From: an uncultured Spirochaetota bacterium
GTDB lineage: Bacteria; Spirochaetota; UBA4802; UBA5550
Direction of reading: 5' to 3'
NCBI GenBank assembly: GCA_963827275.1
Contig: CAWHAA010000002.1
Location: 1 to 64,000 of the forward strand
DNA length: 64,000 nt
Shown: positions 17,674-28,688 of the stretch, in pieces
How positions within the stretch are numbered: the first letter of the stretch is position 1
Layout of the letters: each line of letters starts with the position of its first letter
Notes under the pieces: generated by a model
Database searches by the model: none
What the model was told of the DNA's origin: nothing
Seen by the model: only the letters and a program-made list of their open reading frames with translations
Translations under genes and position numbers: made by a program

Positions 17674-18621
17674 ATGAACGGAACCGAAACATACGCAAAA
17701 AGCTGGGTGATGCGACTGATCATGCTCAATGTCGCGGTTTTTTTCATCCACTATCTCCTCTTTTTCAATGCCGCACCGGTAGAGCTCTATCCGGGATTAT
17801 CAACCGATCCTCTTACCGCATATCTTGGCTTAACCCCGTTCCTTGTCGTAGAAAAATACTATATCTGGCAGCTGTTCTCCTACATGTTCCTCCATGGCGG
17901 TTTCCTCCATCTCTTTTTAAACATGTACGCATTGCTGATCTTCGGGGTCCCCGTCGAGCAGGCGTGGGGAGGCCGGCGGTTCCTGATCTATTACCTGTTT
18001 ACCGGAATCGGCGCGGGGATCACCATCTTAACGATCAACATTATCGTGGGAGAGGCAAACTACTTAACACCGACCATCGGCGCTTCGGGGGCCGTCTTCG
18101 GCCTTCTGCTCGCGTTCGGCATGCTCTTCCCCGAAGCGGAGATCCTCCTCTTCTTTATCATCCCCATGAAGGCGCGGGCACTGGTAATCCTCTACGGCGG
18201 CATAGAGCTCTATTCCCTCATCGCATCCGGCGCCCAGAGCCAGGTCTCCAACGCCGGCCATCTCGGCGGCCTCCTGTTCGGCATACTCTATTTCCTGGTC
18301 GTCCGCAAGCGCGGCATTACCTTTAAATCGAAAATGATCAAGGCCCGCCTCACCCGCGAGCTCGGCCGTCAGCAGTCACACACCGCCCGCGCGGCAGTCG
18401 CGGAGGAGATGATGCTCGAAAACATATTGAAAAAGATCGAGTCTGCCGGTCCAGGGTCGCTCACCGATGACGAGTACCAGCATATCAGGTACAAGGAGAT
18501 AATGGTGCAGGATGACGATGACCTCTGCGTTGAGGAAGACTTTGACGCCAATGACGAGTACTGCAAAAAGTGCGCCAACGAGGAGGCGTGTCTGCTGCGC
18601 CGTATTAAAAAGCTGATGTGA
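17674..18621 (+). CDS. Rhomboid family intramembrane serine protease with a C-terminal Cys-cluster extension
   Basis: WQLFSYMFLHGGFLHLFLNM; GASG; AGHLGG; tail CVEEDF..YCKKCANEEAC. Confidence 0.88.
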   Translation: MNGTETYAKSWVMRLIMLNVAVFFIHYLLFFNAAPVELYPGLSTDPLTAYLGLTPFLVVEKYYIWQLFSYMFLHGGFLHLFLNMYALLIFGVPVEQAWGGRRFLIYYLFTGIGAGITILTINIIVGEANYLTPTIGASGAVFGLLLAFGMLFPEAEILLFFIIPMKARALVILYGGIELYSLIASGAQSQVSNAGHLGGLLFGILYFLVVRKRGITFKSKMIKARLTRELGRQQSHTARAAVAEEMMLENILKKIESAGPGSLTDDEYQHIRYKEIMVQDDDDLCVEEDFDANDEYCKKCANEEACLLRRIKKLM

Positions 18622-18837
18622 CCGGTTTTTATAAAGTGAGGAAAATTAATCTTTACAACCAGAAAACCATTTCCAATATTCATCATTGAGCGCGCGCAAC
18701 CGGTTCGCCGGAGCCATACCGGATGCGGCTTTAATTCAGCCGTTCTCCGGCATGCGGATATACTGGAGAATACATCAGGTAAAACAATAAAATCTGATTT
18801 TGTTTAACGCAAAAATACTTACACAAGGAGAATCAGA

Positions 18838-21577
18838 ATGAGCAAACGAGTATACTTGTTCGGAGGAGGATCATCCGAAGGCAAAGCGGACATGAAAAAC
18901 CTTCTCGGCGGAAAAGGCGCCAATCTCGCTGAAATGTCAAATCTCGGAATCCCCGTGCCGGCCGGTTTTACCATAACCACCGACGTGTGCACTGAATTTT
19001 ACAATAACAACAGGAAATTCCCCGCGGGCCTCAGCGACGAAGTCAGGGACGCGATGAAAAGAGTGGAACAGATCATGGGGGCGAAGTTCGGCGATGTCAG
19101 CAATCCCCTCCTCGTATCCGTCCGCTCCGGGGCGCGGGCCTCGATGCCGGGCATGATGGACACGGTCCTGAACCTGGGCCTGAACGACAAGACGGTCCTC
19201 GGCATCATAAAAAAATCGGGTAACGAGCGCTTCGGCTGGGACTCCTACCGCCGCTTTATCGCCATGTACGGCGACGTCGTCATGGGACTCAAGCCGGCAT
19301 CCAAGGACGAGCACGACCCGTTTGAAGAAGTAATGGACAACCTCAAAAAGAAGCGCAAGATAAAGATGGACCTCGACCTCACCGTCGCTGACCTGAAAGA
19401 GCTGGTCGCCCAGTTCAAGGCGCTCATCAAAAAGAAGCTTAAAAAGGAGTTCCCCTCTGATCCCTACGAGCAGCTCTGGGGCGCGATCGGCGCCGTGTTC
19501 GGATCATGGATGAACGAGCGGGCGATTCTCTACCGCAAGATGAACGGCATCGAAGACAGCTGGGGAACGGCCGTCAATATCCAGGCGATGGTGTTCGGCA
19601 ACATGGGCGAGGACTGCGCCACCGGCGTCGCCTTCACCCGCGACCCGTCAACCGGCGACAACCGCTTCTACGGCGAATACCTTATCAACGCGCAGGGCGA
19701 GGACGTCGTGGCCGGCATCAGGACGCCGCAGCAGGTCACCGTGGTCGGTTCGCAAAAATGGGCGAAGGAAAACAAGGTAAAGGAAGCGGACCGGAAGAAA
19801 AAGTATCCCTCGCTCGAAGAATACATGCCGAAAGCGTACAAGCAGCTTGACGACATCTACAACAAGCTCGAAAAGCATTACCGGGACATGCAGGACATCG
19901 AGTTCACCATCCAGAACCAGAAGCTCTGGATGCTTCAGACCAGGAACGGCAAGCGGACCGCTGCCGCCGCTGTCAAGATCGCGGTCGACATGGTCGGCCA
20001 GGGCCTCATATCAAAGGAAGAGGCCCTCATGAGGATCGACCCGGTTTCACTTGATCAGCTCCTCCACCCGACCCTCGACCCGAAAGCGAAGCGGAGCGTT
20101 ATTACGCGCGGCCTTCCCGCTTCACCCGGCGCCGGGGTCGGTAGGGTCGTCTTCAACGCCGACGACGCAGAGGCCTGGAACGCCAGAGGCGAAAAGGTGG
20201 TGCTCGTCCGGATCGAAACGTCTCCTGAAGACCTGAAGGGGATGTCCGCGGCGCAGGGAATTCTCACCGCCCGCGGCGGCATGACATCACACGCCGCCGT
20301 TGTTGCACGCGGCATGGGCAAGTGCTGCGTGTCCGGCTGCAGCGATCTCGAAGTTGATTACAAGAAACGAATATTTAAAATAAAGAACACGACCGTCAAG
20401 CAGGGCGATTTCATATCCCTTGACGGTTCCACCGGCGAAGTGATGCTCGGCCGGGTCCCCACCATCGACGCGCAGCTTTCAGGGAACTTCGGCACTATCA
20501 TGAAATGGGCGGACGAGGCCCGCAAGCTGGGCGTGCGCACCAACGCGGACACCCCGCATGACGCCCAGGTGGCGCGCAACTTCGGCGCGGAGGGCATCGG
20601 CCTCTGCCGGACCGAGCATATGTTCTTTGAAGGCAACCGCATCAAGGCCATGCGCGAAATGATCCTCGCCAAGGACCTTGCCGGCAGGAAGAAGGCCCTT
20701 ACCAAGCTCCTCGCGATGCAGCGGAAGGATTTCTACGGCATCCTCAAGGCCATGAAGGGCTATCGGCGTCACCATCCGCCTCCTTGACCCTCCGCTCCAT
20801 GAATTCGTGCCCCACGAAGAGAAGAACCAGAAAGAGATGGCCCGCGAGATGAAGATGAAAGTGGAAGAGATAAAGGCCAAGGTTGAATCGCTCCATGAAT
20901 TCAACCCGATGCTCGGCCACCGCGGCTGCCGCCTCGGCATCACCTATCCGGAGATAACCGAAATGCAGGCCCGGGCGATATTTGAGGCCGCATGCCAGCT
21001 CAAGAAGGAAGGCGTAAACGTCAAGCCCGAGGTAATGGTGCCGCTGGTGGGCCATGTGAACGAGCTGAAGATGCAGAAAAATATCATCATTGAGACCGCC
21101 GAAAAGGTCATGAAGGAGAAAAAGATCAAGGTTGACTACCTGGTGGGCACGATGATCGAGGTGCCGCGCGCAGCGGTGACCGCTGACCTGATCGCCGGCG
21201 AAGCCCAGTTTTTTTCCTTCGGCACGAACGACCTCACGCAGATGACATTCGGTTTCAGCCGGGACGACTCCGGAAAATTCCTTCCCGAGTATGTCGAGAA
21301 AAAGATCCTGCCCGTCGATCCCTTCCGCGTCCTTGACCGGGACGGCGTCGGCCAGCTGATCCGCCTGGCGGTCGAAAAGGGCCGCAAAACAAGGAGCGAT
21401 CTCAAGGTCGGTATCTGCGGCGAACACGGCGGGGAGCCGAGCTCGGTTGAGTTCTGCCACCTGGTGGGCCTGAACTATGTGAGCTGTTCGCCGTACCGCG
21501 TGCCGATCGCGCGACTTGCCGCTGCCCAGGCAGCAATCAAGCAGGGTGCAAACGTGAAGGTCTCCTCGACCGCGTAA
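18838..21577 (+). CDS. ppdK: Pyruvate, phosphate dikinase, interrupted by a one-base frameshift at about 20763
   Basis: [52 protein letters not shown]; continues in the next frame with [34 protein letters not shown]. Confidence 0.92.
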
Positions 21578-21624
21578 CGCGGCCGGGGTACCGTATCATA
21601 TTCTGAATATACAGAGGGTGAAGA

Positions 21625-22353
21625 ATGAAAAAAATATGCGTACTCATCGGGATCATGCTCTTCTCCGGCACCGCGCTGTTTGCCTCGTACAAGGAGGCCC
21701 TGCAACTCTTCGAGAAGAACGACTACAGGGCATCGCTGAAGATTATCGCCGACGAGCTGGTGACCGCCAACGATGCAAAGCCCGATTCGCCCAATTACGA
21801 TCTCCGGTTTCTCGCCGCCCATAACCACTGGAAGCTGGGCAATACAAAATCGGCGACCGACCATTTCACCCGCTGTATCTCGATTAAGAAAAGCAACCCG
21901 GACGCGTACATCGATCTTTCCCTGCTCCAGCTCGAGCTTAAAAAATACGGCGAGGCGGAAAACACCGCCCGCCGCGGGCTGGAGATGGGGAAATCGTCGA
22001 TGCTCTACTATGTCATGGGCATCGTCTCGATGAAGAGGGAGAATTTCTGGCGGGCGAAGGAAATGTTCGAAAAGGCGAATTCACTGGACCCGGATCTCTA
22101 TATTTCCTACAATGCGCTCGGGGTCACGCTCATGAAACTGAAGAAATACAGCGAGGCCAATACCGCTTTTTCCGCGGCTCACGCGATCAAACCGAGATCG
22201 GCCGAGATAATCAACAACCTCGGCATGAGCTATGAAAAACTCGGGAAGAACAAGGAAGCCCTCGAGTATTACCAGAAAGCGGCATCCCTTGATGAAATGA
22301 ACAAGACGATCGCTGCAAATCTCGCGCGTGTCAGGAGCATGGTCAGAAATTAA
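21625..22353 (+). CDS. Tetratricopeptide repeat protein with signal peptide
   Basis: Repeated TPR motifs (SYNALGV, IINNLGMSY). Confidence 0.85.
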   Translation: MKKICVLIGIMLFSGTALFASYKEALQLFEKNDYRASLKIIADELVTANDAKPDSPNYDLRFLAAHNHWKLGNTKSATDHFTRCISIKKSNPDAYIDLSLLQLELKKYGEAENTARRGLEMGKSSMLYYVMGIVSMKRENFWRAKEMFEKANSLDPDLYISYNALGVTLMKLKKYSEANTAFSAAHAIKPRSAEIINNLGMSYEKLGKNKEALEYYQKAASLDEMNKTIAANLARVRSMVRN

Positions 22354-23528
22354 CCGAGCTTCTGCAGCGCCTCTTTGAACTTCGGGATTGACCGCTCGAT
22401 CACGTCTTCAGGAACGCAGTACGCCATCCTGAAATAACCCGGGCCTCCGAACCCTGAGCCCGGCACGGCGAGTATATTGAATTTCACCAGGTGCTGGACA
22501 AACTTCACATCGTCCTCGATCGGCGACTTGCAGAAGATGTAGAAGGCGCCTTCCGGCATGGGGAAGGTGTAGCCCGCCTCCTTCAATCCCCCGGCAAGGA
22601 GGTCGCGCCGTTTCCTGTAGGGGGCGACATCCACCGATACGTCCGTAAGCTCTGCAACGATACGCTGCATCAACGCCGGCGCATTCACGTACCCGAGGAT
22701 CCGGTTGCACAGGATCATTCCCGCCATGAGCTGGCCGATAGCGTCGCACGACGGGTGCGCTGCGACATAGCCGATCCGCTCGCCCGGAATCGACAGCGAC
22801 TTGGAATACGAATTCACCACGATCGACTGCGTATAATGCTTGAGGATGCTCGGCACCGTGATGCCGTCGTACACGATCTCCTTGTACGGCTCGTCAGAGA
22901 CGAGGTATATGACCTGGCCCTTCGCGCGGTACCCGTCAAGCATCCGGGCAAGCTCTTCGATCTGCCTCTCAGGATACACCCGCCCCGTGGGATTGTTCGG
23001 TGAATTGATCAGCACCGCTTTTGTTTTCGGGGTGATTGCATTTTTGATATTGTCCACATTCAATGAAAAATCAGGATTGCTGTCTGCAAGCCTGGCAACG
23101 CCGCTGTGATTGGTGATGTAAAAGTTATACTCGACGAAATACGGACGTGACACGACGACCTCGTCGCCGGGATCGAGCAGGGTCTTGAGTACGACATTCA
23201 GTCCGCCGGCCGCCCCGCAGGTCATGAGGATGGTATCGGCAGATATGTCGATGCCGTGTTCCTTTGAAACTTTTGCCGCAATCGCCTTCAGGACGCTCGG
23301 ATACCCGGCATTCGGCATATACCCGTGCGCGCCCCTGACCGGCGCGTCGGAAAAACGGCGCAGGGTATCAAAGAATTTGCCCGGCGGGTCAAGGTCCGGA
23401 TTGCCCAGGCTGAAATCGAACACGTTTTCATCACCGAACTGGGCCTTCAGTTTCATCCCTTCTTCGAACATCCTGCGGATCCATGACGATTTTTCCATCG
23501 ATTGACGTATATATCCTGCGATTGCCAT
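22350..23528 (-). CDS. PLP-dependent aminotransferase class I/II (aspartate aminotransferase-like)
   Basis: SLGNP; NSPNNPTG; SDEPY; SYSKSLSIPGERIG. Confidence 0.9.
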   Translation of the reverse strand: MAIAGYIRQSMEKSSWIRRMFEEGMKLKAQFGDENVFDFSLGNPDLDPPGKFFDTLRRFSDAPVRGAHGYMPNAGYPSVLKAIAAKVSKEHGIDISADTILMTCGAAGGLNVVLKTLLDPGDEVVVSRPYFVEYNFYITNHSGVARLADSNPDFSLNVDNIKNAITPKTKAVLINSPNNPTGRVYPERQIEELARMLDGYRAKGQVIYLVSDEPYKEIVYDGITVPSILKHYTQSIVVNSYSKSLSIPGERIGYVAAHPSCDAIGQLMAGMILCNRILGYVNAPALMQRIVAELTDVSVDVAPYRKRRDLLAGGLKEAGYTFPMPEGAFYIFCKSPIEDDVKFVQHLVKFNILAVPGSGFGGPGYFRMAYCVPEDVIERSIPKFKEALQKLG

Positions 23529-23724
23529 GCGCACCCCCTTGTCTGCGGCGTATTTCAGCTATTTGCCGCGCCTGATTCTCGGCACCGTCGCACCCGATGT
23601 TTAACAGATCACGCACCAATACAGCGCGTCAATTATAAATTTCCGAAACATGAAAACTCTTGACAGACAGGCACGATTGCATAGTATCTATTGTTAAACC
23701 CATGCCATCCGAGAGGTCGCCACA

Positions 23725-25281
23725 ATGCTTCCGAAGCTGAAAACAATTCTGCTGCCTGACCGCAATTTATTCCCCGGGACATATGAAGGCGAGCTTCATT
23801 ACCAGTCAAGCAGGATCGTCCTTCCTGCGGGTGCGGTGTGCTTCTTTGCATGGCTGAACTACGTTGCGACAGACGCCCGGTTATATCCTGATGAGCCGGC
23901 AATCATCTCACTGCGCTATGGCCTTTCCATTGTATCACTGATTATTATGCTCATGTATTTCATTCCCTTTTTAAAAGTGAGGAGCATGTGGCTGCTGGCC
24001 ATACTCGGCGTATACCTCGAAGTAGCGGTCGGAGTCATCACCGGTTGCACAAAAGCCGACCCGGCATATATGGGAGGATTCAATATTGTTCTCATGGTCC
24101 CCATTGTCGCCCCATTGAAAAAAATGGTGACCTTTGCAATTATACTGCTATCGCTCGTGTCCTTTATCGCAACCGGTCTTTCCCGGGGGATGACCGTCTC
24201 CTCACTGCAGGACCAGTATTCCTTCATGAATCTCGGTGTTGCCGCTTTATTCACGCTGTTTTTCAGCTACCTCCTGGATCGCGTGCGTTACCAGAACTGG
24301 GAAAAATCGCGCATGATCATCAACCAGTCAATCAATATCCAGGATGAAAAAGAAAAGACAGACCATATCATATCGGAAGCCAGGACCCTCTCCTCCAACC
24401 TGATCGAAGCGGCATCCGTCCTGGGCGAGTTTTCAAAAAAGATCAACAACACCATATCCCTGCAATCGGACCTTTTCGAGCAGAGCAAGAGCGTCGGGAT
24501 CGACCTCCTGACATCATTCCACGACATCAAGCAGAAGACAAAGCACCAGCTCGACACGAGCGCGCACGGGATGGAGCTCATTGGCCGCATCAGAAAGGAA
24601 TTCCAGCAGACCACGGACTCGAGCAAAATGGCGCGGGAAGAGGCAAAAAAGTTCAGGGCCCTCTCCGACCAGTGCAACGCCAACCTTGAAAACGCGTCAT
24701 CGGTAATTGACCGGCTGCGGGAGGAATCCTCCCGCATTGCGGAAATTTCCAACACCATCAACGACATCGCGGACAAGACGAACCTCCTGTCTTTGAACGC
24801 TTCGATCGAATCAGCGCGCGCCGGCGAGCATGGCCGCGGATTTGCCGTGGTCGCTGACGAGATCTCGAAGCTGGCGGACACGAGCATCAAGTCAGCCAAG
24901 GAGATCGGCGACATCATCAGGCTTTCCGTGAGCAGGATACACGACGCATCGGACCGCATCACGGAAACGTCCCGGACCCTCCAGGGGATCATCGAGTTCC
25001 TCGACCAGAACAGGAATTTTCTGGACATGCTCGAGGCCCTCATCGTGACGGAGGACCGGGACGTCGAGACCCTGATCGGGCACATCGAGGGGTTCCATTC
25101 CTTTTCCACCCTTATCGACGACCTGGCGGAAAAGAGCGTCAACGAGGTGGGCCTCTCGCAGGACATCATCGTAAAGATCGACGTTTTTTATCTTAACCTC
25201 GCTGACATGTCAGACCGTCTCATGGAAATAGCCAACAGCCTCACCTCCCACATGGAGAATTTGCAGAAAACGATCCAGTGA
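23725..25281 (+). CDS. Methyl-accepting chemotaxis protein with a multi-TM N-terminal sensor
   Basis: About 6 hydrophobic segments; [37 protein letters not shown]. Confidence 0.88.
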   Translation: MLPKLKTILLPDRNLFPGTYEGELHYQSSRIVLPAGAVCFFAWLNYVATDARLYPDEPAIISLRYGLSIVSLIIMLMYFIPFLKVRSMWLLAILGVYLEVAVGVITGCTKADPAYMGGFNIVLMVPIVAPLKKMVTFAIILLSLVSFIATGLSRGMTVSSLQDQYSFMNLGVAALFTLFFSYLLDRVRYQNWEKSRMIINQSINIQDEKEKTDHIISEARTLSSNLIEAASVLGEFSKKINNTISLQSDLFEQSKSVGIDLLTSFHDIKQKTKHQLDTSAHGMELIGRIRKEFQQTTDSSKMAREEAKKFRALSDQCNANLENASSVIDRLREESSRIAEISNTINDIADKTNLLSLNASIESARAGEHGRGFAVVADEISKLADTSIKSAKEIGDIIRLSVSRIHDASDRITETSRTLQGIIEFLDQNRNFLDMLEALIVTEDRDVETLIGHIEGFHSFSTLIDDLAEKSVNEVGLSQDIIVKIDVFYLNLADMSDRLMEIANSLTSHMENLQKTIQ

Positions 25282-25285
25282 AGCC

Positions 25286-26740
25286 ATGAACACGAGCGGC
25301 ATCACACGTATACATGACACCCTGTATGAAATCCCCGCCGGATACAAAAAGGGGATGCGCGTCCCCGCGCGGATCTACGCCTCGGAGCAGCTGATCCGCG
25401 CCATGGACGACGCCGTGCTTGACCAGCTTACCAACGTCTGCTTCCTTCCCGGCATTATCAAGCACGCCCTCTGCATGCCCGACGGCCATTCCGGGTACGG
25501 GTTCCCCATCGGCGGCGTGGCGGCGATAGACCCGGGCCATGGCGTCATATCTCCCGGCGGCATCGGCTTTGACATCAACTGCGGGGTCCGCCTCATGGCA
25601 ACCTCCCTGACCCTCGAGGAGGTGAAGCCGGTCCTGAAAGAGCTGGTGCGGGCGCTCTTCACGCGTGTGCCGTCCGGCGTCGGATCTGACGGCGTGGTAC
25701 GTTTCGGAAAGGATCGGCTCGACGAAGCGATGGTGCTGGGAGCGCGCTGGGCCGTCGAAAACGGCTACGGGGAGACAGGTGACCTCGACTATATCGAGGA
25801 GGAAGGCTGCATGAAACATGCCGATCCCGCCGCGGTATCGGAGCGGGCCCGTGAACGCGGCAGGGATCAGGTCGGGAGCCTCGGCTCGGGGAACCACTAT
25901 TGTGAGATCCAGGTGGCGACACGGGAGAACATCTTTGACGCCCCGCTCGCCAGGGAATTCGGGATTGTCCGCGACAACCAGATCATGGTCATGATTCACT
26001 CGGGCAGCCGGGGCTTCGGCCACCAGATCGCAACGGATTATCTCAAGCGCTTCCTCTCCGTAATGCACGGAAAATACGGGCTCTCCATGCCTGACCGCGA
26101 GCTCGCCTGCGCGCCCTTCTGCTCGGAGGACGGGCAGGCGTATTTCAAGGCAATGAATTGCGCGATCAACTATGCCTTTTTAAACCGGCAGATGATCATG
26201 CACACCGTGAAAAACGTCTTCTGTGATCTGTTTAAAAAAAGCCCGGCAGAGTGCGGCCTCCGGCTGGTCTATGACGTGTGCCATAACACCGCCAAGCTTG
26301 AGACCCAGGTCGTAGACGGCAGGGAGCGCGAGCTCCTCATCCACCGGAAGGGCGCGACCAGGGCTTTTGCTCCCGGCATGGAAGGGGTTCCCGGACGCTA
26401 CCGGTCCACGGGCCAGCCGGTTCTCATCGGAGGGAGCATGGAGACAGGCTCCTACCTGCTCGTCGGCGTCCCTACCGGCGCGGAGTCGTTCTTCTCGACC
26501 TGCCACGGCAGCGGCCGGGTAATGTCACGTCATCAGGCAAGGAGCACCTTCGATGGCAGGGAGCTCCAGAAGCGGATGGAAGAGCGCGATATTTTCATAC
26601 TCACCTCGTCGTTCCCCGGTCTCGCCGAGGAAGCGGGAGGCGCGTATAAGAACGTCGACGAGGTGGTCGGCGCAACGGAGCAGGCCGGACTGAGCAGAGT
26701 TGTGGCCCGTCTCGTCCCCATAGGGAACATCAAGGGGTAG
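25286..26740 (+). CDS. rtcB: RtcB family RNA ligase (3'-phosphate/5'-OH)
   Basis: MPDGHSGYGFPIGG; GFDINCGVR; GSLGSGNHY; HSGSRG; YDVCHN; HRKGATRA; STCHGSGR; EEAGGAYK. Confidence 0.95.
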   Translation: MNTSGITRIHDTLYEIPAGYKKGMRVPARIYASEQLIRAMDDAVLDQLTNVCFLPGIIKHALCMPDGHSGYGFPIGGVAAIDPGHGVISPGGIGFDINCGVRLMATSLTLEEVKPVLKELVRALFTRVPSGVGSDGVVRFGKDRLDEAMVLGARWAVENGYGETGDLDYIEEEGCMKHADPAAVSERARERGRDQVGSLGSGNHYCEIQVATRENIFDAPLAREFGIVRDNQIMVMIHSGSRGFGHQIATDYLKRFLSVMHGKYGLSMPDRELACAPFCSEDGQAYFKAMNCAINYAFLNRQMIMHTVKNVFCDLFKKSPAECGLRLVYDVCHNTAKLETQVVDGRERELLIHRKGATRAFAPGMEGVPGRYRSTGQPVLIGGSMETGSYLLVGVPTGAESFFSTCHGSGRVMSRHQARSTFDGRELQKRMEERDIFILTSSFPGLAEEAGGAYKNVDEVVGATEQAGLSRVVARLVPIGNIKG

Positions 26741-26744
26741 CGTC

Positions 26745-27176
26745 ATGACCTATGAGCTTCTCGACAATATCAGCCGTGCGGACATCGCCTACCGTGCACG
26801 CGGAAACAGCCTTGCCGACCTGTTCACAAACGGGGCCGGCGCACTGGTGTCCATCATGCTGGAGGATCCCGGATCGGTGCGCCCGTCTGAAGCAGTCACC
26901 TTCACCGTCGCGTCCCCTGACCTGGACCTTCTCTATTATGACTTCCTCACTGAATTCATATTTTACAAGGATTCCGAAAAGCTCATCCTTATCCCTTCGC
27001 GCATCGATATACGCCATTCCGCCGGAGCGTATACCCTGACCTGCGAAGCAACGGGGGAAAAAATCGACAGACAGCGGCACGTTTTCATCACGGACATCAA
27101 GGCCATCACCCTGCATAACCTGTCGGTGACGGAAGCAAATGGCGAATGGCAGGCAACGGTCGTGGTGGACGTGTAG
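26745..27176 (+). CDS. Archease (RtcB activator)
   Basis: YELLDNISRADI; DIKAITLH; C-terminal VVDV; starts 4 nt after rtcB. Confidence 0.88.
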   Translation: MTYELLDNISRADIAYRARGNSLADLFTNGAGALVSIMLEDPGSVRPSEAVTFTVASPDLDLLYYDFLTEFIFYKDSEKLILIPSRIDIRHSAGAYTLTCEATGEKIDRQRHVFITDIKAITLHNLSVTEANGEWQATVVVDV

Positions 27177-27178
27177 CG

Positions 27179-27700
27179 TCATCCCCTGAGCTGGTTGTTG
27201 TAGATCCGCCGCACCTCGTGAAAAAAATAGAGGTACTCCGGCTTCTGATAATCCGGGGACGTCCACTCCCACGGCTGGTACCGCCTGGCCACGTAGCGGT
27301 ATTCATTCTCGAGATACACGCCCTTGCGCAGATACGTCCGGTGGAAAAAATCCTTACAGGTGGAGAGGCACACGTTTGAGAGGGTCAGGTAGCCGGGGTC
27401 GATATTGACCCTTCTGATCTTTTTTTCGGAGAATTGCCTTTCCAGCTTGTTGGTATAGAGCTTTATATCGACGATATCTTCCCGCCTGACCAGCGACCGG
27501 TACGACAAGAGCACCTTGAACCGCGCCGGACCCATATCACTGTACTGTCTGGTGTGCACAACGGGGATGTTCTTCGTGCGAAAATCTATCTCCCCGAATT
27601 TTTTGAGGAGGATTTTTTCCACGTCGGCAAGGACGTCTTCCGTGCTGAAGAGGATGCCGATAAAGAGCTTCGCTTTTTGAGGTATCGTCGGTTCAGACAT
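27179..27700 (-). CDS. DUF4416-like protein
   Basis: IKLYTNKLE...RRVNIDPGYL...STCKDFFHRTYL...WTSPDY pattern. Confidence 0.7.
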   Translation of the reverse strand: MSEPTIPQKAKLFIGILFSTEDVLADVEKILLKKFGEIDFRTKNIPVVHTRQYSDMGPARFKVLLSYRSLVRREDIVDIKLYTNKLERQFSEKKIRRVNIDPGYLTLSNVCLSTCKDFFHRTYLRKGVYLENEYRYVARRYQPWEWTSPDYQKPEYLYFFHEVRRIYNNQLRG

Positions 27701-28634
27701 CGTGACCCCGCTTATCATTAATATACCGCCGCATGTCCTCCGGAAGGGGGGCCTTGATGACGATCTGCTTTTTCAACACCGGGTGATCGAGGCGTATCGA
27801 CCGGGAGTGGAGCGCGCAGCGCCTGAAACCGAGCCGTGCCAGCAGGTCATCGGTAAGCCCGTTCTTCACGAATTCCGGGAACAGCGCCTCGTCGGTGCCG
27901 TAGAGCTTGTCTCCCACGATGGGAAATCCCGCGTGCTTCAGGTGGACCCGTATCTGGTGCTGCCTCCCGGTGCGCGGCACCGCTTTCACGATGCTGACGC
28001 CATTGAACGAAGCGAGCCTCGCAAACTCCGTGCAGGCCGCCTGCCGCGCGCCGTCGAAGGCCGCCCGCTTGTGCTCGATGCCTGATACCGGATCCAGATC
28101 GATGGGCATATCCACCATGAATTCATCATGTTCCGGCATGCCGTGCACCAGCGCAATGTATTTTTTCCCGACAGAATCAAACTGTTTCTGCACCTGCGAG
28201 GCCACCTGCGGGTCCTTTGCGAGGATGACCACGCCCGATGTCTCCCGGTCAAGCCGGTGCAGGAGGTGCAGCTTCATCGGGTAGCGCGCGCTGAGAAATG
28301 ACAGCAGCGTGTTATGGTAAAAGATGCCGGCAGGGTGGACAGGAAGGTTCCCCGGCTTGTTGATGCCCAGCAGGAACTCGTCCTCGTATAGCACTGAATA
28401 GTCCCGGTCTACCGCCGGTTCAGCCGCATCGCGCCCCGCATATGAGAGCAGGTCGCCCGCCCGGACCCTCCGGTCATGACTGGTTACCACTACCCCGTTG
28501 CATGACACCTTCCCCCTGCTGATCTCCTTCTGCCACTCAGACCTGCTGAGATACCCGTAGCGCTGCGACAGCAGCCGGTCAAGGCGCATCCGCGAATATT
28601 GTTCCGTTATCTTGTAGTGCGTAAAAAATTCCAT
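27693..28634 (-). CDS. RluA family pseudouridine synthase with S4 domain
   Basis: RLDRLL; INKPGNLPVHP; HRLDRETSG; TGRQHQIRVH; PIVGDKLYG. Confidence 0.92.
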   Translation of the reverse strand: MEFFTHYKITEQYSRMRLDRLLSQRYGYLSRSEWQKEISRGKVSCNGVVVTSHDRRVRAGDLLSYAGRDAAEPAVDRDYSVLYEDEFLLGINKPGNLPVHPAGIFYHNTLLSFLSARYPMKLHLLHRLDRETSGVVILAKDPQVASQVQKQFDSVGKKYIALVHGMPEHDEFMVDMPIDLDPVSGIEHKRAAFDGARQAACTEFARLASFNGVSIVKAVPRTGRQHQIRVHLKHAGFPIVGDKLYGTDEALFPEFVKNGLTDDLLARLGFRRCALHSRSIRLDHPVLKKQIVIKAPLPEDMRRYINDKRGHDV

Positions 28635-28688
28635 AACCTGCTGCCTGCATCTCCATCTCGTGCGAACGGTACCCTGCCGCACCGACGT

